A stretch of DNA of 63,052 bases, filler included, from Octopus bimaculoides (GCF_001194135.2; 6 parts of 6 records of this genome joined end to end with filler, not necessarily neighbours in it); one strand, 5' to 3'. Shown: positions 1 to 13,310, counted from the first letter of the whole stretch. Notes: generated by a model from the sequence alone, not told the origin. Made by a program: numbers and translations.

Positions 1-544
1 GTGTGTGTGTGTGTGGGGGGGGGTGAGCGTGTGTGTGTGTATTCACAATCATTTCAAATATTATATTATTTACCACAATATTGCTTCAGCCACTTCTGCT
101 GCTCTTGTTGAGCTAATATGTTAATATACTGATTTCAATGATTTTAAAGTATAAACAGAATTTTGAAATCAGCCTCACTTAGCTGTACGCACTTCACTGA
201 TATCCGAAATATTAGAGGATAGTGTAACTTTTGTTGTTCTTCTGGCTGTTATACTTCTTCATGTTATTTGACTCTTAACTCGACCCTGATGTCACAGATC
301 TATCATCAAATCTTCCATCATTGATCATTCCGTTTCATTTAAAATTTTGGACACTGCGTTATCCAATAAGCTATCTATTCTTTTTAAGACAATTCAGTGT
401 GATCTGCTGAAGATCTGGTTACCATTTCTAGCAGTTGTGCACTGCCTAGATACTTTCTTCGTGGTTTGACACAAGATAATGTCTTCCCCACTCTGTCTTT
501 AGCTAAATGTCATGAGATACCAATATACCCACACACATAATCTT

Positions 545-755
545 TTCTACTCTAGGCACAAGGCTCGAAATTTTGAAGGAGGGGGCCAGTCGATTAGATC
601 TACCCCAGTACGCGACTGGTACTTAATTTATCGAACCCCGGAAGGATGAAAGGCAAAGTCGACCTCGGCGGAATTTGAACTCAGAACGTAAAGACATACG
701 AAATACCGCTAAGCATTTCGCCCGCCGTGCTTAAGTTTCTACCAGCTCGCCGCCT
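545..755 (-). mobile_element. Octopus tRNA-derived SINE (abundant family with AGGCGGCGAGCTGGCAGAA head), near full length
   Basis: Reverse complement reads aggcggcgagctggtagaaac...gttctgagttcaaattccgccgaggtcgactttgcctttcatcc...ccttgtgcctagagtagaa. Matches the copies at 16493, 44848 and 51439. Confidence 0.85.
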
Positions 756-1800
756 GAAGTACGTATATGTATATCGCTTGGAACAAGATACCATACATTT
801 TTGTGTGTATGCACTGAGCACATAATGTACTCGAGAGAATTATGAACATTGTGCTATCAAATTATTTCAAACTCAAATCTTGTAATGTCTAAATGAGAAA
901 CCATTACCTGTGTATGCTTCGTTATGGCTATCAGCTAATGACTTTAAAATTCTTTGCTACTATATACAGTTATAATAAAAATAAATGATTCAATATATAT
1001 TACCACACAGAGTAGAAAAACTCTACCTAACGGTTTCCCTTTAGGGCGGGCCAAACAACGAGGATTCAATTATACGCGGTTTCATTGAGCTAGCCTGGGC
1101 CAAAACCTTACAAGAAATATCTCCCTTTTCTATTGAGAATGACAGTTTAGCTGAGTATTAAACTACCACACAATAGATTCAATGAGAACATATGATTTCA
1201 TTTATATTGCTGACACTTATTTAATATTAGGAATCTGGAAGTTGTAATTTTATCCATTATCCATCTGCAGAAACAGATTAAGCTTGGCATTAATATCAGT
1301 AATCTCTACTGTGTTCAAGCATGACGATTTTGTGGATAGGATGAGCCCTTGTCGTGTAATGAGACCACGTCTCATCACACATGCTTCAACACTTGTGCCT
1401 AGAGTTGATTGTCGTCACTCTGAAAAGTTAACATCTATATTTGGTTGAAAGATATAAAAATACTATAAATACCGAAAGTAAAAAAAAAGTTTCAAGATTA
1501 ATTATGCATTCATAGTTGTCAAAGACATTAAAAAAATGCGATATTATTACTGCGAACAAATGACGAATGTCTAGAAATAAGCCCAGCTCCCACAAGTCAC
1601 GGTTTCCTGTCTCAAGCATGCATGTCAGGAACGCATTGTCCTAAAAACAACTGGATCCACAAGAGAATCCGTTATAGATTTGCACGATTAGGATTAAGTA
1701 TGTATATATATATCGCTTGGAACAAGATACCATACATTTTTGTGAGTATGCACTGAGCATAAAATGCTGCACGGGTATTGCAAATTTTCCTATGTATAAG

Positions 1801-1841
<41 letters not shown>

Positions 1842-1843
1842 TA

Positions 1844-1943
1844 NNNNNNNNNNNNNNNNNNNNNNNNNNNNNNNNNNNNNNNNNNNNTTAATTAATTAAN
1901 NNNNNNNNNNNNNNNNNNNNNNNNNNNNNNNNNNNNNNNNNNN
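1844..1943. other. Artificial scaffold-join linker N44-TTAATTAATTAA-N44 (1 of 5; others 28316-28415, 39733-39832, 59402-59501, 61914-62013)
   Basis: The same 12-mer, which has stops in all six frames, is centred in exactly 100 bp five times. Confidence 0.95.
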
Positions 1944-2248
1944 GTGTCATTGCCGACGTTGATATCTCGGAGGTGTTCCGCGAATCGGTCGGCCAGGCGC
2001 CGCCCCGTTTGTCCGATGTACAGGGATTGGCAGAGAGAGCAGGAGAGGCAATATATGATGTTGGTAGACGTGCAGGTGAAGGAGTCGGTGATGCGATAGG
2101 GTCGGTGATGGGTGCTGGTGAGGAGGGTCGTGTTGGAGAGGTAAGGGCAAGTGCGGCAGCGTGGACGGGAGCAGGGGAAAGAGCCAGGTTGGGAGGTTGG
2201 GTTGGGGAAGAAGCTGTGGACCAAGAGGTCCCGTAGGTTGTGGGCTCG
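1944..2248 (-). mobile_element. Penelope-like retroelement fragment: Cys-rich linker plus GIY-YIG endonuclease N-terminal part (Neptune-like), cut by linker
   Basis: Translation RAHNLRDLLVHS...FPCSRPRCRTCPY...FTCTSTNIIYCLSCSLCQSLYIGQTGRRLADRFAEH shows the IIY/YIG motifs, the C-x4-C-x2-C linker and R...EH. About 100 codons with no stop, and markedly GC-richer than the flanks. Confidence 0.9.
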
Positions 2249-2571
2249 TTATACAGATATATATATACAGATATGTGCACACCACCATAGTTTGTCAATT
2301 AATTATCTTCTACATTTTCTTCCTTGCTTTATATATTCTGGTTAAAATTTTCTTTACCTGCACACATACCTATTATTCAATTGCACTATTGCATTATAAC
2401 AGTAACCATTTGGGTATATATAGGTATAGATACAGTAGGATATTGGATATTTATTATCCGTTAGATGGTCTTCTAACCTCTAACTCATATATGCGTATAT
2501 ATATATATATTCTTTATTCTTTTACTTTTTTTAGTCATTTGAATGCAGCCATGCTAGATCACGGCCCTTAT

Positions 2572-2606
<35 letters not shown>

Positions 2607-3418
2607 NNNNNNNNNNNNNNNNNNNNNNNNNNNNNNNNNNNNNNNNNNNNNNNNNNNNNNNNNNNNNNNNNNNNNNNNNNNNNNNNNNNNNNNNNNNNNN
2701 NNNNNNNNNNNNNNNNNNNNNNNNNNNNNNNNNNNNNNNNNNNNNNNNNNNNNNNNNNNNNNNNNNNNNNNNNNNNNNNNNNNNNNNNNNNNNNNNNNNN
2801 NNNNNNNNNNNNNNNNNNNNNNNNNNNNNNNNNNNNNNNNNNNNNNNNNNNNNNNNNNNNNNNNNNNNNNNNNNNNNNNNNNNNNNNNNNNNNNNNNNNN
2901 NNNNNNNNNNNNNNNNNNNNNNNNNNNNNNNNNNNNNNNNNNNNNNNNNNNNNNNTATATATATATATATATATATATTTACCTATAATTAAATACACAA
3001 ACATACACACACACGCACAAACACAGATACGCACACGCACACACACCTATATATATACCGTGTGGAGTGGAGAGGATATATATATATAGAGAGAGAGAGA
3101 GAGGGAGAGAAAGAGAGAGGGACAGAAAGAGAGAGAGGGATAGAGAGGGAGAAAGAGAGAGAGAGACCGATTGAGAACAGTGTGGGTATTGAAATTTAGA
3201 CGAACAAATTTAAGTTAAAATGGAAAAGTATATGCTTCATTAACTTTGTGAGGGAAAAAGGATATATTTATGTGAGTGTATTTACATTCACATATATATA
3301 TGCATACATATCCACGTATATGCGTGTATATGTATCTCTATGTATCTATCTGATTATCTGTCTGTCTGTCTGCCTGTCTGCCCGTCTATCTATCTATCCA
3401 TCTACCTATCTAGCTTAT

Positions 3419-3522
<104 letters not shown>

Positions 3523-4230
3523 TTATATATTCATCTATTTATATTCACACACATACATAATTTCCATTTTCGCAATATGACTTTCAACGTGTCGCATTAC
3601 CAAACGAACTACCTTAAAAGAATGATGTACTTCTCGTTTATCAACAGGCCCGTGTGAATACCTTGCATCCTAAAAGACCCTGGACGTCATTAGCATAGTA
3701 TATTTCTCACCGTATGATTTTCCCTATCGTTTATATTAATACAATAGTGCATGTCTTATGGTCAACAGCCTATTAACTCTACGTTATACTGTAAAAAAAG
3801 CAGTCAGAATTACACACCCCATTCAACATGGCTATCCGTCAGTATTCTCACACATGCGAGTATCTTTTGTATCATGGACAAAGCTTTGAACATGGAATGA
3901 TAGGTTAATTACCGAAAAATAGATGTAATTCGTTGTATGTAATATAGTTTTCATCTGTTGCAAAGCTCTGAAATTTTCGGGTAAGTCGTACATGGGATAA
4001 TGTCTCTGCATACACCCAAAACAGCTCCGCTTCGGTCTACTTCATAACACCATTTTGCGTCCAGAGTCAAGTACTGAATATGTTAGTAGTTTCTCATAAT
4101 TGTTGCCAAAAAATCTTCATAAATATTTATTCATATATCCAAAACAATAGACACATCACACTATAAAACATCAGTCACGAAAGCAATATCACAATTACAC
4201 CTAACCGTTAACTCATATATGCGTTTGTAC

Positions 4231-4285
<55 letters not shown>

Positions 4286-5926
4286 CATGCATGCATACAT
4301 ACATACACACACACACACCCAGATACAGGGACTGACAGAAATGAAGCGAGTGTGTGTGTGTCTGTGTCTGTATGTGAGTGAGTGAGTGAGTGAGTGAGTG
4401 AACGTATGTGTTGTACATGTATAATTACGCATTTATATTGTATCCAGAGCAATGCGACAAGGATAACGTAGAATCAACAGAAAGCGTTCGATTTTTGCAT
4501 TCGTGTTATCCGGTTAGTTATTGACTATTTTAACCGGTATAATGTAAGTACCCAGTATATTTTCTCTAACAATAACATTCTGCATTTACAGACAGTGAAT
4601 CTCCGTCTGCATTGCAGCAACTTTTGTACACATCTATGTACATGTAAAAATTGAGTCTGGAACCTGCATGTACACGTGTCAGTAAGTGTACATATATATA
4701 TATATTTGTGTGTTTAGAGTATGCTGATGAAGAAACATTTTTTTTTCAATTATTGATATGAGTGTGCGTATTTTCGCAATATTCTGCAGAAACAGACGCA
4801 AACATGATTTTCGTTGTCTATCAATCTATCTATCAATCCACACGATGAGAATGGTGATATANNNNNNNNNNNNNNNNNNNNNNNNNNNNNNNNNNNNNNN
4901 NNNNNNNNNNNNNNNNNNNNNNNNNNNNNNNNNNNNNNNNNNNNNNNNNNNNNNNNNNNNNNNNNNNNNNNNNNNNNNNNNNNNNNNNNNNNNNNNNNNN
5001 NNNNNNNNNNNNNNNNNNNNNNNNNNNNNNNNNNNNNNNNNNNNNNNNNNNNNNNNNNNNNNNNNNNNNNNNNNNNNNNNNNNNNNNNNNNNNNNNNNNN
5101 NNNNNNNNNNNNNNNNNNNNNNNNNNNNNNNNNNNNNNNNNNNNNNNNNNNNNNNNNNNNNNNNNNNNNNNNNNNNNNNNNNNNNNNNNNNNNNNNNNNN
5201 NNNNNNNNNNNNNNNNNNNNNNNNNNNNNNNNNNNNNNNNNNNNNNNNNNNNNNNNNNNNNNNNNNNNNNNNNNNNNNNNNNNNNNNNNNNNNNNNNNNN
5301 NNNNNNNNNNNNNNNNNNNNNNNNNNNNNNNNNNNNNNNNNNNNNNNNNNNNNNNNNNNNNNNNNNNNNNNNNNNNNNNNNNNNNNNNNNNNNNNNNNNN
5401 NNNNNNNNNNNNNNNNNNNNNNNNNNNNNNNNNNNNNNNNNNNNNNNNNNNNNNNNNNNNNNNNNNNNNNNNNNNNNNNNNNNNNNNNNNNNNNNNNNNN
5501 NNNNNNNNNNNNNNNNNNNNNNNNNNNNNNNNNNNNNNNNNNNNNNNNNNNNNNNNNNNNNNNNNNNNNNNNNNNNNNNNNNNNNNNNNATATATATATA
5601 TATACTTACTAGCTGAATAACTCTTCGTTGCCAAGCAATTCTTACAATAGAATGTCTTGTATAAGTTGATGTTTATTCCATGTTAGAACATGCCTTCCCC
5701 TACAGGACCTTTCATCAGGACGGATTTGTGCAATTTCCTGTTGAGCAATTATATATATATGCTGCATCGGAAATCTCCAATGGCTCCATAACTACCGTCT
5801 TGGCTATAACCTTGGAGCCCTATATAATCCTTTACATCACTTACCTAACGTACCTAGTAGTTTAGATCACCTGTAAACTAAACCTCCATACTTTGTATAG
5901 TTATATTTATATATACATAAACACAC

Positions 5927-5975
<49 letters not shown>

Positions 5976-7084
5976 CATATTTATAAATATACATATATAT
6001 ATACATACATATATTCATGCATACATACATGCATGCATACATACATAGATACATGCATACTTGCATGTATATAACCATCTTATTCTAAAGACTAAAAATG
6101 ATCAGTGAAGGAAAAAAGTACATTTTAGATAGTAATGTACTAACATTTCATGTTTCAGAAATTCCCTCCTGAGGTGCAGATGTTACTATCAGTAAGATTC
6201 TTCATTGTATACACACGATCACTGAGAAAGTAAAAAAAAAAAAAAAAGATAAATTAGATACAAAATGTCGAAACACAAGTTGAAATCCATCGTTAATACA
6301 AAATATGAAAATAATGATATTACTAAGGTAACGCTTAAAGTTGAAAAGAAATAGTTGATAAAATAAAATTGTGTTCCGACGCTTTCGACAATGGCGATGC
6401 AGCTGTGAGCACGTACTGCTGCTGAACATTCCAGGTGTGTGTTCCATTGGAATCTCTTTTGCAGAGTTTGTCATACATTTAAATCTATTCTACAGGCTTC
6501 CAACGAATTTCTGACTCACAAAGGCAAAGGCAATCTGATTACTTGCCCAGGATTCTACGCAATGTTATCAACACTAGAACCACGTGATTGCAAACTGAAT
6601 TTTTTTAACATTAGAGAATGCAGCGTCCATGGCAACAGAACGGCCCTGCTTGTGGTAGTGAATTTGAGAGAATTAAGTCAATGTAAGATATTAAAAATTT
6701 AAGTAATTAAAAATTTAATAAATAGAATAGTAATAAAAGCTGACAATATCCTTAGATTTTGGGTGTTGGAAATCATATAATGTCATTTGGCTATCCATTA
6801 CGCAAAAAGATGTAGAATGATAATATAAGATCGTTCGAGACATTTTGGAAAACGTTTATGAATTGTGCAATTAAGCTACCATGAATTTGTTTTATGAAGG
6901 CATACTGTATTAAATAATCTCAACAGGTGTATTTAAGAAAATCTAAGAAAGGATTGCATTCTTACGCAATAAACATAACAAAAGAAAAATGTAAAATGCA
7001 AGTAATATTTAACAATCATTTAAAAAATAATAATAAATACGCTAATAATAAATGACGGAAAATTAAATATTGGTTTCACATTAT

Positions 7085-7272
7085 GGAACATAGCCAGTAA
7101 CGTAAACCAATAACATTGATCCTATTGCTCAACTGGTACTTATTTCATCGACCTCGAAGAGACGAAGGGCAAAGTCAACCTCGAAAGAATTTGAACTCAG
7201 AACGTACAACACGGACGAATCACTGTTAAGCGTTTCGCCCAGCGTGCTAACCATTCTGTCAGCTTGCCGCCT
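7085..7272 (-). mobile_element. Octopus tRNA-derived SINE, diverged copy
   Basis: actggtacttatttcatcgacc...gaatttgaactcagaacgta...cagcttgccgcct, homologous to 545-755. Confidence 0.8.
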
Positions 7273-8769
7273 AAAAAATTAAATATACGGAAAAATAAAT
7301 ATTTGAATAAAACTCTTCATACGAGACCAACAGTAACTTTAAACGTCAAAGTATCAAATGAACACATTAATCGGTCATTATAAATATATATAGAATGTGA
7401 GTAAATGTAGCTCCAAATATTTCAAATATGAATACTCACTGGTCCAATTAAACAATTTACTTCTCACTTAACTGGTTAGTAAGATACCGAGCATTCCACT
7501 GTCATATGAACTTTTAAAATAAACCTCTAGTGCGACACTGTGTGTGATAAGTTTGGACTTTTGTATTGCATGTGCAAGCAATCCGTAAAAGCTAAGTATC
7601 CTTGTGTATCGATCTTATGTTCCCGCTTACACTAACAAGGGTTGGGCTGATCCGTGGTTATGCCAAAACACGTTTGCCTGAGAAGGCAGGCAATGGGTTC
7701 AAGAACCTGATGTTGTGAATGAATGGAAAACTTGTTAAACGTTAAATTGTTCTGCGTAGGTTATGAAACAACGACCAAATTCACAGACGTACAAAGTATT
7801 TCCCACTGAAGATCGGCAACATTTTGAAATACTACCAATAAAATATCAAACACACCAAAAAATATTGAAAATCAGTAACGGGTAATCTGGCTATGTAAAA
7901 AGGATTGTCGAGATTTTGGCATCAAACTTTAGATATAAAAATGGTAAGTACTCAAAATGCATTGGAATTTATAAAAAATAAATACATGTGGAATTTATTA
8001 TGTATATATATTTTGTTTCATATATTGCTCCAAAAACAAGTATTATAGTTTCATATGGGAAAAAGGCCGAAAGAAAGCTTCATCACTGGAGATCAAAAGT
8101 GGATAAGACTAATACGTATGTCTGATTAAGTAACATATACACATAGACATATGTATGTATGTATATATATATATATATATATNNNNNNNNNNNNNNNNNN
8201 NNNNNNNNNNNNNNNNNNNNNNNNNNNNNNNNNNNNNNNNNNNNNNNNNNNNNNNNNNNNNNNNNNNNNNNNNNNNNNNNNNNNNNNNNNNNNNNNNNNN
8301 NNNNNNNNNNNNNNNNNNNNNNNNNNNNNNNNNNNNNNNNNNNNNNNNNNNNNNNNNNNNNNNNNNNNNNNNNNNNNNNNNNNNNNNNNNNNNNNNNNNN
8401 NNNNNNNNNNNNNNNNNNNNNNNNNNNNNNNNNNNNNNNNNNNNNNNNNNNNNNNNNNNNNNNNNNNNNNNNNNNNNNNNNNNNNNNNNNNNNNNNNNNN
8501 NNNNNNNNNNNNNNNNNNNNNNNNNNNNNNNNNNNNNNNNNNNNNNNNNNNNNNNNNNNNNNNNNNNNNNNNNNNNNNNNNNNNNNNNNNNNNNNNNNNN
8601 NNNNNNNNNNNNNNNNNNNNNNNNNNNNNNNNNNNNNNNNNNNNNNNNNNNNNNNNNNNNNNNNNNNNNNNNNNNNNNNNNNNNNNNNNNNNNNNNNNNN
8701 NNNNNNNNNNNNNNNNNNNNNNNNNNNNNNNNNNNNNNNNNNNNNNNNNNNNNNNNNNNNNNNNNNNNN

Positions 8770-8801
<32 letters not shown>

Positions 8802-8897
8802 ACGCCTATATATATATATATATAACAGTACATGTAAATGCACATATACTTATATACACATTTATAACATTTATATGTATGTACGTATGTAAATAAG

Positions 8898-8929
<32 letters not shown>

Positions 8930-9595
8930 TAGATATTTTTCCAGACTCAAGCGTTTAATATCGTTACGAGTCTAGCATTAACTGTCTCAATCCTTTCGAA
9001 ATGTTAGCTGTCATTTAGCAATTGGTATTAGAAGGTCACTAAGACTGTTGAAAATTCAAAATTCCATATACAAATTTCTAATATTACAAAGGTAATTTTT
9101 TTTTATTACAAACTAAGACTAATCAATGTATACAAACACTAATGTATTGATCAACTTCTATTTTCCCTCTCCACAGCATTCTGAAATACCTGAAAAGTCA
9201 CCTGAATTTTCTTTTCACTTCTGATAGAACAACATTCGTATCTGTTTCACCTTACCTCTTTAAGTCACTGTGGTAGTCTCTTCGCAAATTCTTCATTTCT
9301 AAGACAGAGAAACTAAATCACATTGAGTTATATTTCCACGGTTTTAAAAGAAGGAAAGCGTTCTTCAGGCACAATGAACTCAAACATAAATGTAGTGGCT
9401 AAATACAAGTGACGAATTCCGAAATGTTTAAAAATTCTGCACTATTCCTCTTAAGAATCATGCTGAATATTATAAACCATCCCACTCAGAGAATGTCTGA
9501 ATCATATAAGACTGTTGTTCACAACCATATGTGTTCAAAAACCGTATTTTCGCTTACGTGTGCGTATGCAAATGTACCTGTGTGCATGTATATAA

Positions 9596-9800
9596 AAAAT
9601 ACAAAATGGGACAACAATGCAAAACATCCAGACAGTTAGGTGTTACAAAAAAGGGACAACAAAACATCCAGATAGACGATACAAAGAAAACAAGGACGGG
9701 TGTTTCAGAGTTTTCTTTCCCCAGTCGAGTTCCAGATTAACTTTGCAATTTCGGCTGGTTATACTCGAGATTGCTCCAATCTGGCCAGATCCAATGAAAA
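9596..9800 (+). repeat. Unclassified dispersed repeat with internal ~48-bp duplication; second copy at 50082-50270 (-)
   Basis: gggacaa...aaaacatccagacagttaggtg...aaaacatccagatagacgatacaaagaaaac...tgcaatttcggctggttat...ttgctccaatctggcca aligns to the reverse complement of 50082-50270. Confidence 0.75.
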
Positions 9801-11127
9801 ACTAAGCTAAGAGCATTAGATTCTTTGGAAGAAAGCAGCGAATGTATACGAAAACAAGGACGGAAAAAAACGGTGTATGTTGCACAAATAGAAATAACAG
9901 GACATAACAACAGGTGTCTTTCGACTAAGGACGAATTATATTAAGCTGGCGTGTGTGGAAATAAAGCCTTACGGCAGGGATACAAGACTTCACAGGCACA
10001 GGGAAATGTATAGATATTGCACGGACGGCAGCTGATCCAAGAAATGTCAGGCTTGGCCCACCACCGGTCACGACGGGAGTAAAGAGCGAGAGGTAGAGGC
10101 GGAGGGACAGAAGAATTAAAGAGGGGCGAGAACAAATGACAGGGATACAGTGAAGTGAAAAGAGGAAAGTGAGCCTGAAGAGAAGGCAAGGAAATGTGAG
10201 AGAAGGGAATGAAAGAACGAAGAGTGCAATGAACGAAGTAAGCATGAAGGGACTGATAGAAAGAAAGAAATAATAGAAGAAAGAATAGAGTCGTACAAGA
10301 TTTGGATAAATATATACTTACATATATGCGTGTATTTGTGTTTGTGTGTTTCTGTATGCGTTTATTTTCCTCCTGCAAGTAGAAAAGCGCTTATGTAAAC
10401 GGAAGGGAAGCGGAGGAATGAAAGGTAAGAGATAGTAGGAAATTTGTTTGTTTATTAAATTATAGAAGGACACACATAAGCAAACAGATGCATAATTCGT
10501 TTGTGTGTGCGTGTTTCTATATATGGATATATATATACATATGTATACACACACACACACACGTGCGCGTATATGTGTATATATATACACATCTGTTTGT
10601 ACATGAACAGAGACGGAAGACTGGAGATAATTTGATACATTGCAAACTTGATAAATAAATATATGTAAATATATGTTTATATTTAAAATGATCTATATTA
10701 TTTTGAAGCGCTGTGTATATAGGAATTATTCGACTATGAATACACATACGAAGTCGTGTCGTGTCTATGTAATTCATTTTTAAATAAACAAGAGACAGGT
10801 AAGAGTAAATAGGCAACCACATTAAATTTATGAAACTTAAATAAAAACAGTTTTGTAATATAGTGAATAAATTCGTTCATGCATGAATATACTCACAGAA
10901 TTAACCAAATTACCAATATATGAATCCAACTTTTCAATATGACTGGAATCATATTAATATAAAAAATTGTAATGTCATCTAACTTTGTATTAAATTAGAG
11001 AGAATATATATGCACATATATATATACAATATAATTTATACTGAACTATCTAAATCTTCAACACTGAGAATCCACGCATACGGGTTTCTCTCTGATCTGT
11101 AGCAAAATAATGTTTATATATATATAG

Positions 11128-11345
11128 GGAGAATTCACACGGAAAAACAACAGGTGAAGACCGTTAGTGCTGAAAACAAATAGATGTATTAGTATAACCC
11201 TCGGGAATTGAGAAAGCCTTTAACGTTTCGAACCAACGCTCTTCTACAGAAAGGAACACAGAAAGAAACAATGAGAGAAAAAAATGTGTGTAGTGGTCAC
11301 CGATCTACCATGGCGAATGTCCAGACAGAAGGGTCACAAAGGAGA
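11128..11345 (-). mobile_element. Short PLE-terminus-like repeat (family A) ending at (TA)n and carrying a hammerhead-like motif
   Basis: Aligns with 62600-62740 from the motif through cccgag..tactaatacatc...ttctccc(TA)n. Confidence 0.6.
11217..11254 (-). ncRNA. Variant minimal type-I hammerhead-ribozyme-like motif
   Basis: CCUUU-CUGUAGA-A-GAGC(GUUG)GUUC-GAAA-CGUU-AAAGG. Stem I is 5 bp, stem II is 4 bp, and stem III is the palindrome ACGU. The core deviates from canonical CUGANGA at A6. Confidence 0.5.
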
Positions 11346-11920
11346 GTTAAGAAGAAACATGTTTGTGTGAGTGAGTCTATATGAGCATGTGCATGACTGC
11401 GCGCGCACGTATGTATGTATATCATGTCTCACTGATTTAAATCCATTAATGATATGCAATTATTCAATATAAATTACCATTCAATCACGACCAATATATT
11501 AATATTAAATCAGCTCTCTCAAAGTTAATTGCCTTTACATTTCATATAAAGTAATACGCAGCATATCAGTTGTGCTCAAAACGATACTCAGGAAATATCA
11601 AACAGTTGTCAAAACTGTGTCAATCTATTGTCTACGGTTGTAACCTTTCTGCAATTACTATTAACCATTGTGACCGAAATCCATATAAACAAAATCTAAT
11701 GAATAAATGATTTGTTTCTGCCATCAGATTTATCGTACAAACAACTCGAACAGATCTGGTAAAATACTGCATTAAATCTGTGTTATTAGGGACAGGCGGA
11801 TTTCATCTCAAATGCACGAAAATTAAACGAAATACTAACATATTCTTAATTAGACAGTTCTACTTATCAGAATATTTCTAAGAATATTGATAATGATGAT
11901 CAAGAGAATAACTATGAATC

Positions 11921-11921
<1 letters not shown>

Positions 11922-11975
<54 letters not shown>

Positions 11976-12032
11976 TGATGATGGAATTAAAAATTATCAA
12001 ATAACAAAAACAACAACAACAACAACAACAAC

Positions 12033-12104
<72 letters not shown>
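11922..12104. repeat. Compound trinucleotide microsatellite (GAT)n / (CAA)n / (TAA)n
   Basis: Directly visible; it produces the poly-M/T/I/H/Y ORFs. Confidence 0.95.
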
Positions 12105-12108
<4 letters not shown>

Positions 12109-12470
12109 CAATACCTATTGTCATAGGTGCCCTGGGAGTGACAGCGAAACGGGCTGATTACTACCTAGCTCAGATACCAGGAAATCCCAAAATGGCTGAA
12201 GTTCAAAAGATAGTGCTCATGGGAACTGCCCATATCCTACGTAAAATACTATCTATGTGATCTCAAATTTCAAAACAAACACATAATTTTCTTATGGTTT
12301 CTTAAACATTCTTTAGTACAACACTATGTACAAATCCAAATATATGGTATCCTAGGCATAACACCTACATGAACTTCTAACTTGTTGTCTCTTGAGATCT
12401 CTGGGTGAGACTTGGATCCAACTTGTACAAATGCAAAACAAAAGTCAAACATAAAATAATAATAATAATA
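12105..12470 (+). mobile_element. 5'-truncated Dong/R4-type (RLE) LINE 3' end with (TAA)n tail
   Basis: 12111-12260 translates IPIVIGALGVTAKRADYYLAQIPGNPKMAEVQKIVLMGTAHILRKILSM*, the typical RLE C-terminus. (TAA)n lies on both sides. Confidence 0.8.
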
Positions 12471-12486
12471 GTAACAACAATAATAG

Positions 12487-12780
12487 CGTTTGGAATATGA
12501 AAATTGTAAACGTTGTGCCTATAATTATTGATGCATTGGGGGCTGTAGGCAAAGATATATACGAATGGTTGAAGGAGACTCGAATAGGATGCCCTGTAGA
12601 GCTTCTACAGAGAGTTTGCCTTTAGGGATAATAAAGATTAACAGGGGGGGGGGGGGTTCTAAGCACTTGAAAGTCTATTAACAGCTACTGCATACCTAAG
12701 GTTGCAGGTAGTAACCCGCTACCCACATAAACCTTGCCAAGAATAAGCTCTAACCTGAGTCAAATCAAAAATAATTCTGA
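12487..12780 (+). mobile_element. Second Dong/R4-type LINE 3' fragment (different subfamily, degenerate)
   Basis: VWNMKIVNVVPIIIDALGAVGKDIYEWLKETRIGCPVELLQRVCL*, followed by a distinct 3' UTR. Confidence 0.75.
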
Positions 12781-12799
12781 GAGAGGGGCTTGTTTATTA

Positions 12800-12971
12800 C
12801 AGTCAAGTACAGGGATTGTTCAATCTCTGTACTTGATTGGTACTTACTTTTATAGATCCGAAATGAGGAAAGTCAAAATCAACCCTGGTGGTCTTTGAAG
12901 TCAGAATGAAGAGCCAAACTATTGCTAAGCATTTTGTTTAATGATCTGACGATTCTGCTAACTAGCCACCT
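12800..12971 (-). mobile_element. Degenerate octopus SINE
   Basis: ttggtacttact...ctttgaagtcagaatg...gacgattctgctaactagccacct, homologous to the family consensus. Confidence 0.6.
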
Positions 12972-13044
12972 CGTGGCATGAGCAGAAGGAAGGAAAAAAT
13001 TAGACAGGTAAAATCTTCTTGAGTTTGAGATGACTTGACTTTAG

Positions 13045-13310
13045 AAAATGGAAACGGTGGAGATAGTGCCGAATATTTTTGAGCCCTTGAGGACAATATC
13101 AAATGGTATCAAGAGGAATATAATAAAAGCAGGAATAGAGTGCCCAGTAAAGTTGTTGCAAATGTTGTTACACACCAGAATCATCAAGAAAGTATTAGAT
13201 TGTTGAAAAGAACAGCTACCATGGTACCGTAGAGTGCAGATAGCAAGCCCGCTGTGCCTGAAACACTCCAGGAGTTCCAGACCGAGTCAAAACAAGAATA
13301 ATAATTTAAC
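13045..13310 (+). mobile_element. Third Dong/R4-type LINE 3' fragment (highly degenerate)
   Basis: KMETVEIVPNIF...GIECPVKLLQML...TRIIKKVLDC*, followed by a UTR resembling 12670-12780 and ending in aataataat. Confidence 0.65.

Noticed and set aside
5690-5730. Minus-strand CTGATGA as a hammerhead core
   Set aside because: No stem II closing into GAAA.
5836-5880. Possible minus-strand micro-exon (tttacag|GTGATCTAAACTACTAG|gtacgt, or alternative gtaagt donor)
   Set aside because: It has a stop in all three frames and no partner exons; the motif could arise by chance.
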